Part shown: piece by piece, positions 36,802 through 49,515 of the stretch
Layout of the letters: the number at the start of each line of letters is the position of its first letter
How positions within the stretch are numbered: position 1 is the first letter of the stretch
Source: Eledone cirrhosa
Taxonomy: Eukaryota
Reading direction: 5' to 3'
NCBI GenBank assembly: GCA_964016885.1
Contig: OZ024741.1
Location: 196,664,001-196,728,000 of the forward strand
Length of the DNA stretch: 64,000 nt
Made by a program: the position numbers and the translations under genes
The notes under the pieces: model-generated
Database searches by the model: none
What the model saw: the letters and a program-made list of their open reading frames with translations, nothing else
Told to the model about the DNA's origin: nothing

Positions 36802-38178
36802 TCTATGCTATAAAGCTGACGGCCGTATGTAGGTAACAAACTTTCCGCCAAACGGCTGGACCAAACAGCACCAAATTTGCACCATAGATGTAACTTTTTC
36901 CAAGTAAAAAGTGAGGGTATTTTTGTCTACTGAATTTTGTTAATAGATTAAAGAAATTATTTAAATATTCACTTCTTCAAAATTTCAAATGTCAACACTT
37001 CCGGTTATACATCACTCCTCACTTTTTCTTATGACATCGCACAACATTCCCCTCCTTTTCTTAGTCTGTCTTTTTAGATAGATACATAGCTATAACGTAG
37101 CGCCCTTATAATATGTCTCTGTATGCCTGACTGTCTGCATTAGATAACGTTTTTCGAAATATTTACTTCTGCGTTCACAGACGGACTTTTTTAATTTCAG
37201 AAGATCCCGTTAAGGGTGAAAGCAGCGATTTTTTGCTCAAACTTTAATCTGTTATTTTAATATATATATTCGTGTACAAATATTTTTGCATACACAAAAA
37301 ACAAAAACCTATTTATTTCACGAAAGCACAGACGGCTTATCGTCATTGTTACTGTTCGAGGTTAGAGGACCACAGTCTTTCCAAGATCTGAGAACCATCA
37401 ATGGCCATCAATGTTCCACTTACAATTTGGCTTGCCAGATGCGTGGTATGTTACACGATGACAGCCATTGGCACCTCACCCTGCAAGAAGCAGCAACTGC
37501 TACAGTACCTTCTCAACTGCGAAAACTTTTTGCTATTATGCTGCATTACTGCGTTCTCGCTAACCCTCTCGCACTCTGGAACAACCATCATGAAAGTCTA
37601 GCTGAGGACATCCTCCACCGCACACGCAGACACAATCCAAACGTATCATACAATATCGTTTTCAATGAGGCGCTCATTTGACTTGAAAACAGTGTCCTGG
37701 AGATTGGTTGTAGGCCTCTAAGTCACTACATCTTACCTGCTCCTGACAGGAGTGTCCAGAAGTCAACGAGCTACGAAATAAGTGATTCTCCCATGGCCAA
37801 CTGTATGTAGAATGCTCTAGGGTGAGCTCGCCAAACAATCTCTTCATCTCCGAAGTGCCGAACAAAAAATATTGTATACTCTGAGGCTCTAACAATGTAA
37901 TTTAAATATTTTCTGTTACTTGGAATTTCCATTATGTACAAATTATTGTTTGTTAAAAAATGTGTTCTCTGTTCAGCCTTTATTGTTGTAACTATAAATT
38001 TTCTTTAACATGCTGGCTGCTGAACTGGGGAATCCTAAAAACTATTCAAACCCAACATCAGAGCACGACTTGAGAGTGCATGCGGTATCTTTGCACTGGC
38101 GTGTAGGGGGGGGGGGGATTCCTGAAAAGATAAAATGCCGGTATACCTAGCCAGGCGTCAGCCGGACGGGCCAGCTAG
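36802..38178 (+). mobile_element. Non-autonomous Helitron with Rep/Hel fragments
   Basis: 5' TC, 3' GC-rich hairpin then CTAG, inserted between A and T with no TSD; ORF 37286-37681 (VRGPQSFQDLRT...LRKLFAIML) and HGQLYV..SRV helicase motif at ~37790. Confidence 0.9.
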
Positions 38179-38678
38179 TCAATAATAAAATATAATGATA
38201 AATAGGTAAAGAAGTTACAGATGTAAAAAGTAAAAAAATATAAAGAAATAAAAAATAATAAATATATACTTTTACTTATTTTTTATTTCTTTATATTTTT
38301 TTACTTTTTACATCTGTAACTTCTTTACCTATTTATCATTATATTTTATTATTGATGTTATTGTTTTGATTCTACGCTATATCTCTATATATACCATTAG
38401 CATATGTGAGTTCTCTAGTATCCTGAGGATTTGATCAGAGGTAAACACTGTATTTGTTGTCGAGTGACGCAACTTCGAGTTGATCAATGAAACAATTGTT
38501 ACTCTTCAATATTTCACTATTATTACTCCAAGTTTAACCTGCATAGGAATTCTCGCGAACTCGCTACCTAACTATGGAAACATCTTGTTGAGTCAAACAA
38601 AGGTGTACGTTAAAACTATCCACAAGACAGAGTACTCACAACCTCTAACTGGATTACCTATAATGCTAACTTTTTATC

Positions 38679-38741
<63 letters not shown>

Positions 38742-38860
38742 TGTATGTATGTATATATATAAATATATATATATGTATGTAAAAGGTAAACAGAAATAAC
38801 TACACAATCAGCACAGTATATGAATATATTAGGTTAACGCTTGATATAGCAGGAAGAGGG

Positions 38861-38896
38861 TCTTAACGTTTCAGATGCTAGTCCTTCATCAGAAGA
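38861..38896 (-). ncRNA. Minimal PLE-type hammerhead
   Basis: Minus: TCTT CTGATGA a GGA ctagca TCT GAAA cg TT AAGA; palindromic AACGTT stem III. Confidence 0.6.
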
Positions 38897-38987
38897 AAGA
38901 ATGAGAAATAAGATATACTGAAGGGACGGGTGGGATGGAATTGAAAAAAATGTCTTTAGATAAAAATAACAGGTCCATTTATGTTGA

Positions 38988-39026
<39 letters not shown>

Positions 39027-39234
39027 TTTACGTCCGTTCTTCCCTGCTTGCAAGGGTGGGACGGGTCTTATTCAGCACAGCATCTCTCCACTTGTCACGG
39101 TCCTTCGTCATCTCCACCGTGAGCTTCAGCAATCTGAGGTCGGTTCTCACCACCTCCGCCCATGTTTTTCGTGGGCTACCTCTACCACGTCTTCCTTCAA
39201 CTGGCATTTCCTGGCACTCTTCACCCATCGGTCA

Positions 39235-40131
39235 TCCTATATATATAAAACTGAGGATGTCTGTGTGTGAGTTTGAATCCTTAAAACTCTAGAAGCGACG
39301 GTTTTCAAACTTTACACATGTAATACTTATGTTTCAGGGAGTGTTCTGAGCAAAAAAAAATTTCAAATCTTCAATGACTTAGGGACCACATTAGGCGATT
39401 TAGCGATCTCACTCTATAATTCTTAGTCTTTCTCTTTTTAGATAGATATATACATATGACGTCGCGCCCTTATAATATATGTCTGTATGTCTGCATTACG
39501 TCACTTCCCTGAAGATGTCTGTCTGTGTGTGTGTGTGTGTCTGTGAGTTTGAATCCCTAAAATTCGAGAAGTACCCAACCAACCTTTTTCAAACTTTACA
39601 TGTGTATTACTTATGTTTCAGGGAGTGTTATGGACATAACACAATTCAACTTTTTGATACCCTAGGGCACGCATTAGGTGAAAAACTGCATTTTTTCAGG
39701 TTTTTAGGGAGTTTTTGAGGCGTTACGTCAGACTGATTTCCTTGAAATTGTAACTATGTATTAGTCAGTCTCTTCTTCATACGGTGAGCAAAGAAAATCC
39801 AACTTTTTTATGGCCTAGGGCTCGCATTAGGTGAAAAACTTCATTTTTTCAGCTTTTTTGAGGCGTTACGTCTAGCCGATTTTCCCGAAATTTCAAGGCA
39901 TATTATGCACATAAAAAAATTCGTTTTCTTGATCCCCTAGGGCCCGCATTAGGTGAAAACCTGCATTTTTCCTGCTTCATCGAAGAAAATCTTAAAGATT
40001 ATCCAGCCATCAGAATATTCGGTTTATTTTCTTTACATATTGTCCAGGAATGCAGTTTTCCACGATTAGGTCTGTTGGCAGCCGGCGTTCCAAAATATCT
40101 TATCCCGTGCAACGCCGGGTACCACTGCTAG
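39235..40131 (+). mobile_element. Non-autonomous Helitron
   Basis: A|TC start; cccgtgcaacgccggg hairpin then CTAG|T; internal segment shared with 37060-37140. Confidence 0.8.
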
Positions 40132-40134
40132 TCT

Positions 40135-40181
<47 letters not shown>

Positions 40182-40226
40182 CCACACATATATACATATA
40201 TATCTATTTGTGTGTACATACATATA

Positions 40227-41468
40227 TCATCATCATCACCACTGTTTTATGTCTATTTTCCACGCTAGCATGGTTAGACGAGTTGTCCTGTTGTGGGCAA
40301 TGCTAGGTCAGGTTACCATGTCTTGCTCATACAGGACTGATTCTGGCTTGATTTCTACAGTTGGATGCCCTTCCTAACACCAACCTCATTTACAGTGAGT
40401 ACTGGGTACTTTTTGTCGTGATGCCTACACAACCACTTTACAGTGTAGGCTGGGCACTTTTTGGTGTGTTACCATCACGACCACTTTACAGTGTGGGCTG
40501 GGGGCTTCACTGGATTTACTTGGGCCTGTCCTCGTGGGGATGTGTGGGAGGGTGGGTTGGCGCATACTGTATATATGCTTCACCTTGTGTCCGTGGGAAG
40601 TTAGATCTTCTGTATTACTGAGTATCTCCAGAGATCTCGGTCCTGTGTTATTGCCTTTGAGTGGTGCAATTGGGCAAAGTCGGCTTTTATCACCTCATCC
40701 TAAGTCTTCCTGTGTCTTCCCACTCCAAAGTTTCCATTGACTTTGAGCGCTCTGTACCTTTTTATACAGCTGTCATCATTCATACGCATCACATGTCCAT
40801 ACCAATGTAACCTCCTCTCCTGCACACAGCATTTGATTCCTCTTATGCCTAGTTTCTCTCTCAGGTCATTTATGCTTCACTGTTCTCGTATATTACTATT
40901 ACATATCCATCGGAGCATGCAAGCTTCATTTCTTTCCAATCTATGCAACATTGCTATTCGCATGCGCGCATCATACAGCCTGCTTCTCATTCTGAGGGAA
41001 AAGCCTTTTGTAGCCAGCAGTGGTAGTAGCTCCCTAAACTTCTTCCATCCCGTTACTCTGGCTACTGTACTTTTAGAACACCCACCACCGCTGCTAGTTC
41101 GGACACCTAAGTAGCAGAAGCTGTCTACTGTTTCTACAGAGCCCTCCCAGAATTTGGTAGCACTTGTTTCCTGCGGTCGTTTGCTGCTTACTGTTCTGGT
41201 GCAACTGCTATATATAAAGCCTACATTCTTAGCTAAACTTCCTGACATCCCACTACATCTCTTGTGTAGCTATAGTTTGCATATAGGGCATAGGATGGAG
41301 TGTCTACCTACACCTTTCCTAGTTACTGAGCAAGGCCATTTCCCTGAGGGGATCTGGGTTCTGTTTACTCTTCTACTTACTAGGAGTTTAGTCTTTGTCA
41401 GGTTGACTCTGAGACCCCTTCTTTCTAGGCCCTGCTTCCATCTTTGGAATTTCTCCTCTAGTTCTAAC
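40227..41468 (-). pseudogene. RTE LINE 3' fragment (PHD-containing subfamily, diverged)
   Basis: ELEEKFQRWKQGLE...GKWPCSV...GWKKFRELLPLL; (CAT)n tail. Confidence 0.85.
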
Positions 41469-41504
41469 ATATATATAGATGCATTTATATTTAAGTGTGT
41501 AAGG

Positions 41505-41536
<32 letters not shown>

Positions 41537-41562
41537 ATAATATATATATAAATATATATATA

Positions 41563-42459
41563 CTAGCATTAAAGCCCGGCGTTGCTCGGGGTCATTAAGT
41601 TACCAAAGTTAGGTTGCACCACCCATTTTATGGCAGCACTTTTTTGTCTGCCAGGCACTGGGTGAATGAATTGCAGACCTGGAAGCAGGAGCTGCGCCAG
41701 CAGTGACAATTGTAGTTTCGCCTATGGATATTATCTCTGTGCAAAAAGTGTTGAAATTTATTGTTTCACAGTACTTGCGCAACACACGCGTAGACGATGC
41801 CAGCCGAACAACAGAGCTGCGATGGAGTTGTTCTGCATGGTTGTCTGTGTGTTTTCTAAATTTAAGACAGTAGGGAGGGTTGTGATATGAGGGAGAGTTA
41901 GCTGTTGTTTCTAGCAGGTTTAGTGACCTCATAGAGGATATGTGTTTTCTAAATTTAAGACAGTAGGGAGTGGTGTGATATGGAGGAGAGTTAGCTGCTG
42001 TTTCTAGCAGGTTTAGTGACCTCATAGAAGATATGTTTTCTAAATTTAAGACAGTAGGGAGGGGTATGATATGGGGGAGAGTTAGCTGCTGTTTCTAGCA
42101 GGTTTAGTAACCTCATAGAGGATATGTGTTTTCTAAATTTAAGACAGAAGGGAGTGGTGTGAACAGACAGTATCACCATCAAGCTTGGAAAGAGAAAGTA
42201 GCAGTGTGTATGAAGTTGTATAGATTTTGAATGGTAGTAGAAAGAGTTCAGCAGTTTAAATGAGAGAGAAAAATCGTAAAATATTGAGTTTTATCTATTT
42301 TTTTGCGTAATTGTGGGTGAAATTGAAAAAATTATCTGCGTCAAGACACAATCGAAACTATTGCGAATTCTGAATTGTAAATTTCAATTGAAGAAATTCT
42401 ATATCGTAGATTTCTATAACGAAGGAGCATGACCACACACTGAGCTTTATAGATTATGA
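41563..42459 (-). mobile_element. Non-autonomous Helitron with internal ~79-bp tandem repeats
   Basis: Minus: A|TCataatctataaagc...cccgagcaacgccggg...CTAG|T; repeats at 41848-42160. Confidence 0.75.
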
Positions 42460-42928
42460 TATATATATATATATTTCGTTTCTGAATTTGTTTAGCAAGA
42501 TTCTTTATCTGAAATCGTGTGTTGAAACCGATATTGTTATACTTTGGGAGGGTCATGTTGCCAATAAGAAACACACGCACCAGTTGTTTTCACTTCAATT
42601 TATTATAATAAATTTATAAATTTAGGAATTTATAAATTTCTGGTTGCTTGGTTGGTTCCACAACCAGATAGTTGTTTATATATTGTCAAAGTTCTTTCGT
42701 CACACATTCTGTGACCTCTTCAGTGACTGGGGATTCTTTTCTTTGTTTTTGTGCCTCTCCTTTGTTCCGTACTACGCCATTTTGTTTCTGTGTGTGTGTT
42801 GTGTGCTCAGTCTGCGCATGCGCCACATCCGGGTGTCTGTGTGTGTTTATATTCGTTTATTTATTTGTTTATTTACATGTTACCGGTTGGTTGTTTGTTC
42901 AATGTGCGTGTGTGTTTTCATTTTGTCC

Positions 42929-43993
42929 TTAATTGTAAGTTTCGATGTTGCTGTTCCACTCATATTTTCTATTTAATTTTGGTTGTAATTCTTTTATGTT
43001 TATTGCCTCTGTGATTTGTCTAAACATTGCGTCTTTTCTGTGTGTAGATTCTATTTTTATTTCTATGTTCTCTAATTTACCCTTATGTTCTATTTTAGCA
43101 TGTTGGTAGAGTACAGATGATTCTTTACTATCTTGAAGGTCTCGCCAGTGTTCATTTATCCGTTCCCCTACACTACGAGCTGTCTCACCTATGTACACTA
43201 TATTTTTGTCTCTACATTGTCCTTCAGTACATCTTATGCTATACACTACATTTCTAGTTTTACAGTTAATATGGGGGCTTATTTTACAGGTTATACATTT
43301 CTTATCTATACAGGGGGGGGGGGTTATTTGAAAAGGGTATGTCTTGCCAATAAGTGTTTTTACGGAGGTACCTGGTCTTTCTACTATCTTAATATTGAGT
43401 TTATGTTTATCTAGAGCCCTTCTAAATTTGTAAGCTAATTCACCTCTAGGGGTTGTATCGATGAATATTACACTCTGGTATTTATTGCTATCATACCATG
43501 AGTTTATTCTATTAGCCTTATTCCTAGTTCTTTCTATTTTATTCCAAAATTTGCTCCTATACAAGGGGCAGGTTCCATTTGTGTCATTATTTACCATTTT
43601 TTCCCATTTGGTTCTGGCTCCTCTATACACTCTGATTTTATCTCTCTGATTGTAACCAGAGAACTGCATACGGTGGATGAAGTGTTGTATGTGTCTCTCT
43701 AGTTCTTCGGGGTTGCACATGCGGGACACGTTTCTCATCACCCGTACCAAATCCGCAATCAGTATGTTAATTTTGGTATGGTCCGAAACAGCCGAGTTTC
43801 GGTGGATCAGATGTTTGGAAGTCATGGGTTTGGCATAATGGGAATGGAGAATTTGTTTTTTGTTATTAATGGTATCTAACCAGAGCTCTGTGTCTAGTAC
43901 AGGTAATCGATGGTTGGGGTGTCTACTTGGGTAGTCTATAGTAACTCTAATACTCTGGTGGATGGAGTTAGCTATTTGCTGGATGCTTTCCAT
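42929..43993 (-). CDS. PLE RT thumb, Cys-rich linker and GIY-YIG endonuclease
   Basis: LPVLDT, HYAKP, PCIDKKCITC, NVVYSIRC...VYIGETARSVGERINEH, EAINIKELQPKLN. Confidence 0.9.
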   Translation of the reverse strand: MESIQQIANSIHQSIRVTIDYPSRHPNHRLPVLDTELWLDTINNKKQILHSHYAKPMTSKHLIHRNSAVSDHTKINILIADLVRVMRNVSRMCNPEELERHIQHFIHRMQFSGYNQRDKIRVYRGARTKWEKMVNNDTNGTCPLYRSKFWNKIERTRNKANRINSWYDSNKYQSVIFIDTTPRGELAYKFRRALDKHKLNIKIVERPGTSVKTLIGKTYPFQITPPPCIDKKCITCKISPHINCKTRNVVYSIRCTEGQCRDKNIVYIGETARSVGERINEHWRDLQDSKESSVLYQHAKIEHKGKLENIEIKIESTHRKDAMFRQITEAINIKELQPKLNRKYEWNSNIETYN

Positions 43994-44022
43994 TGTGTTT
44001 TTCTTTAGTTCCTGACTGTTCT

Positions 44023-45190
44023 CTAGTGGGGTGTCTTAACTACGATGTTTATATCATCAACGTAGCGGGAGTACATTATCAGGGTTAAAGGGTCTTCTAA
44101 TTGTTCTTTAAGTTTAAGTTTAAGTCTACTGTCCCACCATACCATGAATAAGTTAGCTATGTCGCCTGCAATGCTAACACCAATGGCTGCTCCTTCCTCT
44201 TGGGCATATGTTTTTCCATTAAATTTGAACATATGTTCCTTAAGGGTTAGTTTTATGCTGGCCCCTACCGCATGTGCAATCATTTTCTTCTGTTCATCGT
44301 GGTTTTCGGGTGTCCGTATGGCTCTGGTCCACCCGTTCCATCTATCTGTGTGGGTTTTCTTGGCCATTGAGGTAATGGTAGGTGGTCTGCCTCTTGCTGG
44401 TCTTGTAGGGCACAGGTTGCTAAGGTCATATGTGTCTAGGTAATTATTACTATAGGTAAGTTTAAGTAGGAGTCCCAGCTCACTGGTATCAATCCCACGG
44501 AACTCAACATTGCTCTCACTGATCATTTCTACGCATTTCTCCACAGCAAAATCCACGTCAATAGATGGATACAGGGACACAACATCCATACTACCTATTA
44601 TGCAGTTTGTTAGGTCCCTAGATCGGTTACTCTCGCCGATTCTGCTGAGGAGGTCCTCCGTGCTGTCACATACATCTGGAGACATTTCAATGATGGGGCG
44701 TATGATCAGGGAGAGGAAGTAGGACAGTCTGTAGTTACTAGCAATGTTAGCTCCACAGACTGGCATTGTTGTTGGTCCCGTGACAGGGTCACTGCCCGTT
44801 TTATGGTCTTTTCGAAGCCCATACAACGCCGGCACGTCATTGTTCCAGGCCTGGAAGTTGTTGGCAGTCCTTTTGTTGGGCTGCATTATATTCGTCCACA
44901 TCACCATATGGGCATTAAGGGCTTTTTCTCTATCCTCATGCTCCTGTGGTGTTACCTCTCTTGTGTTAGTGATGTGGGGTTGCATTGCCTGGATGTAGTT
45001 TTGCAGGCTGTCAACCGACATTCTGCCAGACTTGTCTGTTGGAAAGCATGCTATCTCTCCATTACGCGAGCGCTGCATGAGCTTACGCAAGCCATTTGCA
45101 GATTTTTCTCCCAGTTGCTGGGCCTCCATTCTATTATGCTTCTTGCTATACTGTTCTATAATATTTCTAAGTTCGGATCTAGCTATACTA
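44023..45190 (-). CDS. PLE reverse transcriptase (frameshift near 44030 relative to downstream ORF)
   Basis: TDKSG, LYGLRKDHK, SMDVVSLYPSI, GAAIG, YSRYVDD. Confidence 0.9.
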
Positions 45191-46026
45191 AATTGTAAAA
45201 CTAGAAATGTAGTGTATAGCATAAGATGTACTGAAGGACAATGTAGAGACAAAAATATAGTGTACATAGGTGAGACAGCTCGTAGTGTAGGGGAACGGAT
45301 AAATGAACACTGGCGAGACCTTCAAGATAGTAAAGAATCATCTGTACTCTACCAACATGCTAAAATAGAACATAAGGGTAAATTAGAGAACATAGAAATA
45401 AAAATAGAATCTACACACAGAAAAGACGCAATGTTTAGACAAATCACAGAGGCAATAAACATAAAAGAATTACAACCAAAATTAAATAGAAAATATGAGT
45501 GGAACAGCAACATCGAAACTTACAATTAAGGACAAAATGAAAACACACACGCACATTGAACAAACAACCAACCGGTAACATGTAAATAAACAAATAAATA
45601 AACGAATATAAACACACACAGACACCCGGATGTGGCGCATGCGCAGACTGAGCACACAACACACACACAGAAACAAAATGGCGTAGTACGGAACAAAGGA
45701 GAGGCACAAAAACAAAGAAAAGAATCCCCAGTCACTGAAGAGGTCACAGAATGTGTGACGAAAGAACTTTGACAATATATAAACAACTATCTGGTTGTGG
45801 AACCAACCAAGCAACCAGAAATTTATAAATTCCTAAATTTATAAATTTATTATAATAAATTGAAGTGAAAACAACTGGTGCGTGTGTTTCTTATTGGCAA
45901 CATGACCCTCCCAAAGTATAACAATATATATATATATATTAAAATAATCTACGGTTCTTATATATTCGATATATATTTATCCTTATCGAGCCCTCTTTGG
46001 ATTTTAGTCTTCAAATTTATTATTAT

Positions 46027-46069
<43 letters not shown>

Positions 46070-46265
46070 AACCAGTAAGACCCCGACGGCTGAGCTCAAG
46101 TTCCTATTACCCACTCCACTACCCAAAGTATTGAGTACTTCGGTGCGTTATGGTCCACCTGGTTCCTTACCACATTTCCTTCGTTATATATATATAATCA
46201 AGGTTTAGCAAATAAGAAAAAATTTCAAAATAAATTTCAAAAAATTCACTGTACTTACTATGGTT

Positions 46266-46352
46266 ACCTTTACCGAATCGGTTTCGAGTCTCAAAAATAA
46301 ATGGATAGTCCTTACGGGCTTCCATTGAAAAGATAAACTTTCGTCAGAAGGT
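46266..46352 (-). ncRNA. Type I hammerhead with extended stem II
   Basis: Minus: ACCTT CTGACGA a AGTTT...AGACT c GAAA CCGA t TCGG TA AAGGT; A/C at 10.1/11.1. Confidence 0.7.
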
Positions 46353-46646
46353 TCTTTTCACTCGGAGAATATAAAATTCCCGAGTTCAAATTACGAACTG
46401 GCGCTATTCAAAATTGTTCCCGAGATGAGAATGAATGTGGATATATATATATATATTATACACACACACACACATATATATATTTTCTATATATAAGTTC
46501 TATCACGGGCTACAGAAAAGTAGTTCGCGGGCCGCATGTTTGAGCCCCCTGTTGGAAATAGATAGATACATAGATAGATAGATGTGTACCAAACACACAC
46601 ACACACACATTTCTTACTCTCTCTGTTCCTCCCTCTTTCTCTCTTC

Positions 46647-46682
<36 letters not shown>

Positions 46683-46747
46683 AGATCAAAAGATGGTTAA
46701 AGGAGTTCCATGTATTTTATTATGCGCATTTCAAATATATATATATA

Positions 46748-46867
46748 TAAGTATGTATATGTACATACATACATGTATACAGACGTACAGTAGTATGTGT
46801 GTGTGTGTATATATATATATAAGTATGTATATGTACATACATACATGTATACAGACGTACAGTAGTA

Positions 46868-46923
<56 letters not shown>

Positions 46924-47479
46924 GATGCACATATATATATATATGTACGTATGGATTCACCGAACATTTATTATAATGCTCGGTGTGTTTGTAAACAAAC
47001 ATCCCGAATTAAGCCGTACAGTGTCTAGCAACCATCGTTGCTCATTTGTTCAACACTGACAAAGGAACGCTGTACTAGTTTCAAGCTTATTAGCTATCGT
47101 CAGCAACGTATACCTTCCTGCCAGATGGTTGAACGTCTGAAAGTATACACTTTCCTTATGCATATTAACGGCTGAGCAGCCTAATTTGCATATCGAGTGA
47201 GTTAATCGGCTGGGGTACCGAAAACGATAAACGGAAAAAATGAAACGAAATTTCATTTCTCACTCTTAATACGGCTGTTACTTAAATATAAGTATGTATA
47301 CGTACATACATACATGTATACAGACGATAGCTAATAAGCTTGAAACTAGTACAGCGTTCCTTTGTCAGTGTTGAACAAATGAGCAACGATGGTTGCTAGA
47401 CACTGTACGGCTTAATTCGGGATGTTTGTTTACAAACACACCGAGCATTATAATAAATGTTCGGTGAATCCATACGTAC

Positions 47480-47576
<97 letters not shown>

Positions 47577-48077
47577 CTACTGTACGTCTGTATACATGTA
47601 TGTATGTACGTATATTTAAGTAACAGCCGTACTAAGAGTGAGAAATGAAATTTCGTTTCATTTTTCCCGTTTATCGTTTTCGGTACCCGAGCCGATTAAC
47701 TCACTCGATATGCAAATTAGGATGCTCAGCCGTTAATAAGCATAAGGTAGGAGGTATACGTTGCTGACGATAGCTAATAAGCTTGAAACTAGTACAGCGT
47801 TCCTTTGTCAGTGTTGAACAAATGAGCAACGATGGTTGCTAGACACTGTACGGCTTAATTCGGGATGTTTGTTTACAAACACACCGAGCATTATAATAAA
47901 TGTTCGGTGAATCCATACGTATATATATATGTGTGTGCATGTATGTATATATATATATATATATACACACATACTACTGTACGTCTGTATACATGTAAGT
48001 ATGTACGTATACATACTTATATTTAAGTAACAGCCGTACTAAGAGTGAGAAATGAAATTTCGTTTCATTTTTTCCGT
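46748..48077. mobile_element. Second retrozyme-like fold-back array (same monomer as 5538-7141)
   Basis: HHRs at 47068-47108(-) and 47759-47799(+); inversion junction at 47323-47326 inside a third HHR core. Confidence 0.8.
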
Positions 48078-48099
48078 ATATATATATATATATATATAT

Positions 48100-48767
48100 G
48101 AAGTAGGTAAATATTTAAATTATATTTTTTAATTTATTTAAAAAAATTGTTTGAATTTTGCTTGTTCTGCTTATCTCAATATTATAGTTCTGGTATGTCA
48201 AATTAATACCATTGAACAACCCTGTATCATAGACAACCTATATATTTCCAGGGGTACTTAGTACCCGTGGGCATATTAACTTCATTTAATATACTCCGTT
48301 ATGTAGAGAACAAATCTGTTGTTCTATTTGGCTGCTATTTTTAGTGGTGGAGTAGACAACACGTCTATGTTTACTTCCGCTTTTACTATGGACTGGTTCA
48401 TGTACAGGTCAAATTTTGGCCTCATTCGATCCTGTGCTAGCTAGCAGATGGCAATATATTTTGCCGTTCCTGGGACTTTTTGTCCTAGGAAAGGAAAATG
48501 CTCTCTGATGATCTTGACTTTTCCATTGGAGGTCCCCATGGATTTCTAATGTTTTGTGAAGTGAAACCGATCGGTAAAAGCAACTGGAGTAGGTAAATAT
48601 TTAAATTATATTTTTTTATTTATTTTAAAAAATTGTTTGAATTTTGCTTGTTCTTCTTATCTCAATATTATAGTTCTGGTATGTCAAATTAATACCATTG
48701 AACAACCTGTATCATAGACATCCTATATATTTCCAGGGGTACTTAGTACCCGTGGGCATATTAACTT

Positions 48768-48771
<4 letters not shown>
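48100..48771 (+). mobile_element. ~487-bp unit with ~185-bp direct terminal repeat and one HHR
   Basis: 48102-48285 repeated at 48588-48770; HHR at 48499-48582; (TA)n on both sides. Confidence 0.7.
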
Positions 48772-48820
<49 letters not shown>

Positions 48821-48821
<1 letters not shown>

Positions 48822-49515
48822 TAGCTAAACTACCCGTCTTTTGGACGGTTCAAGTAGCTTTCGATGTAGCTCATTAAACTAAACACAAAGTAAATTTGAA
48901 TACATAGAAGAAAAACGTACTTTATGTAAACATGAAAACCTTAGGCACTATTCCAGCGAAATAATTAATATGTGAGCTCGGTGTCTTTTTTGACAACAGT
49001 AAAAGCACATAATGAAATAGAGAAGTGAAGTGAATAATATAATAGACACTATTATGTACAAAGCATAATATTGTAAAAGTTATGACATCACTTAATGTAT
49101 GAACATCAAGCTTGAAACGATAAATTATACAATGTCAAATCCATAACTTAACTTAGTAATCTGTTAGAAATTGCTGGTTGTGAAATATACAAAATGATAT
49201 TGTTAGTCTCAAGGAAGCGTACCTTTTGGTTCAAGTACAAAGAGTAAATTAAAATCCGAATGAGCCGAATTACGAAAGATAACTCTTGTCTTACTTAATC
49301 ACGAAAATTCACACAAATAACCGAAACTTTTTTAATGTCTCCAAAGGCCCCAATATCGATTTTTGAAAGCCTTTGTAGATCATGTACAGGTTTTGTGCAA
49401 GGAGAAGCTCTGTAAAAAATTTCAAAGAAATCGCATGAATGGTTTAGAATATATGAGCCCTCATTAAAAATTGTCCACACACATACAGAAAACTTCGTCT
49501 TTATATATATACAGA
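48821..49515 (-). mobile_element. Non-autonomous Helitron
   Basis: Minus: A|TCtgtatatatataaag...ccgtccaaaagacgg hairpin...CTAG|T. Confidence 0.7.

Larger units (their letters stand above)
42474..45927 (-). mobile_element. Penelope-like element, 5'-truncated, with inverted pseudo-LTR
   Basis: RT and GIY-YIG ORFs; ~735-bp near-identical inverted arms 42531-43264 / 45194-45927; HHRs at 42685-42727(-) and 45731-45773(+); inserted in (TA)n. Confidence 0.93.

Noticed and set aside
45032-45529. Standalone GIY-YIG gene
   Set aside because: Chimeric ORF created by the PLE inversion junction at ~45190
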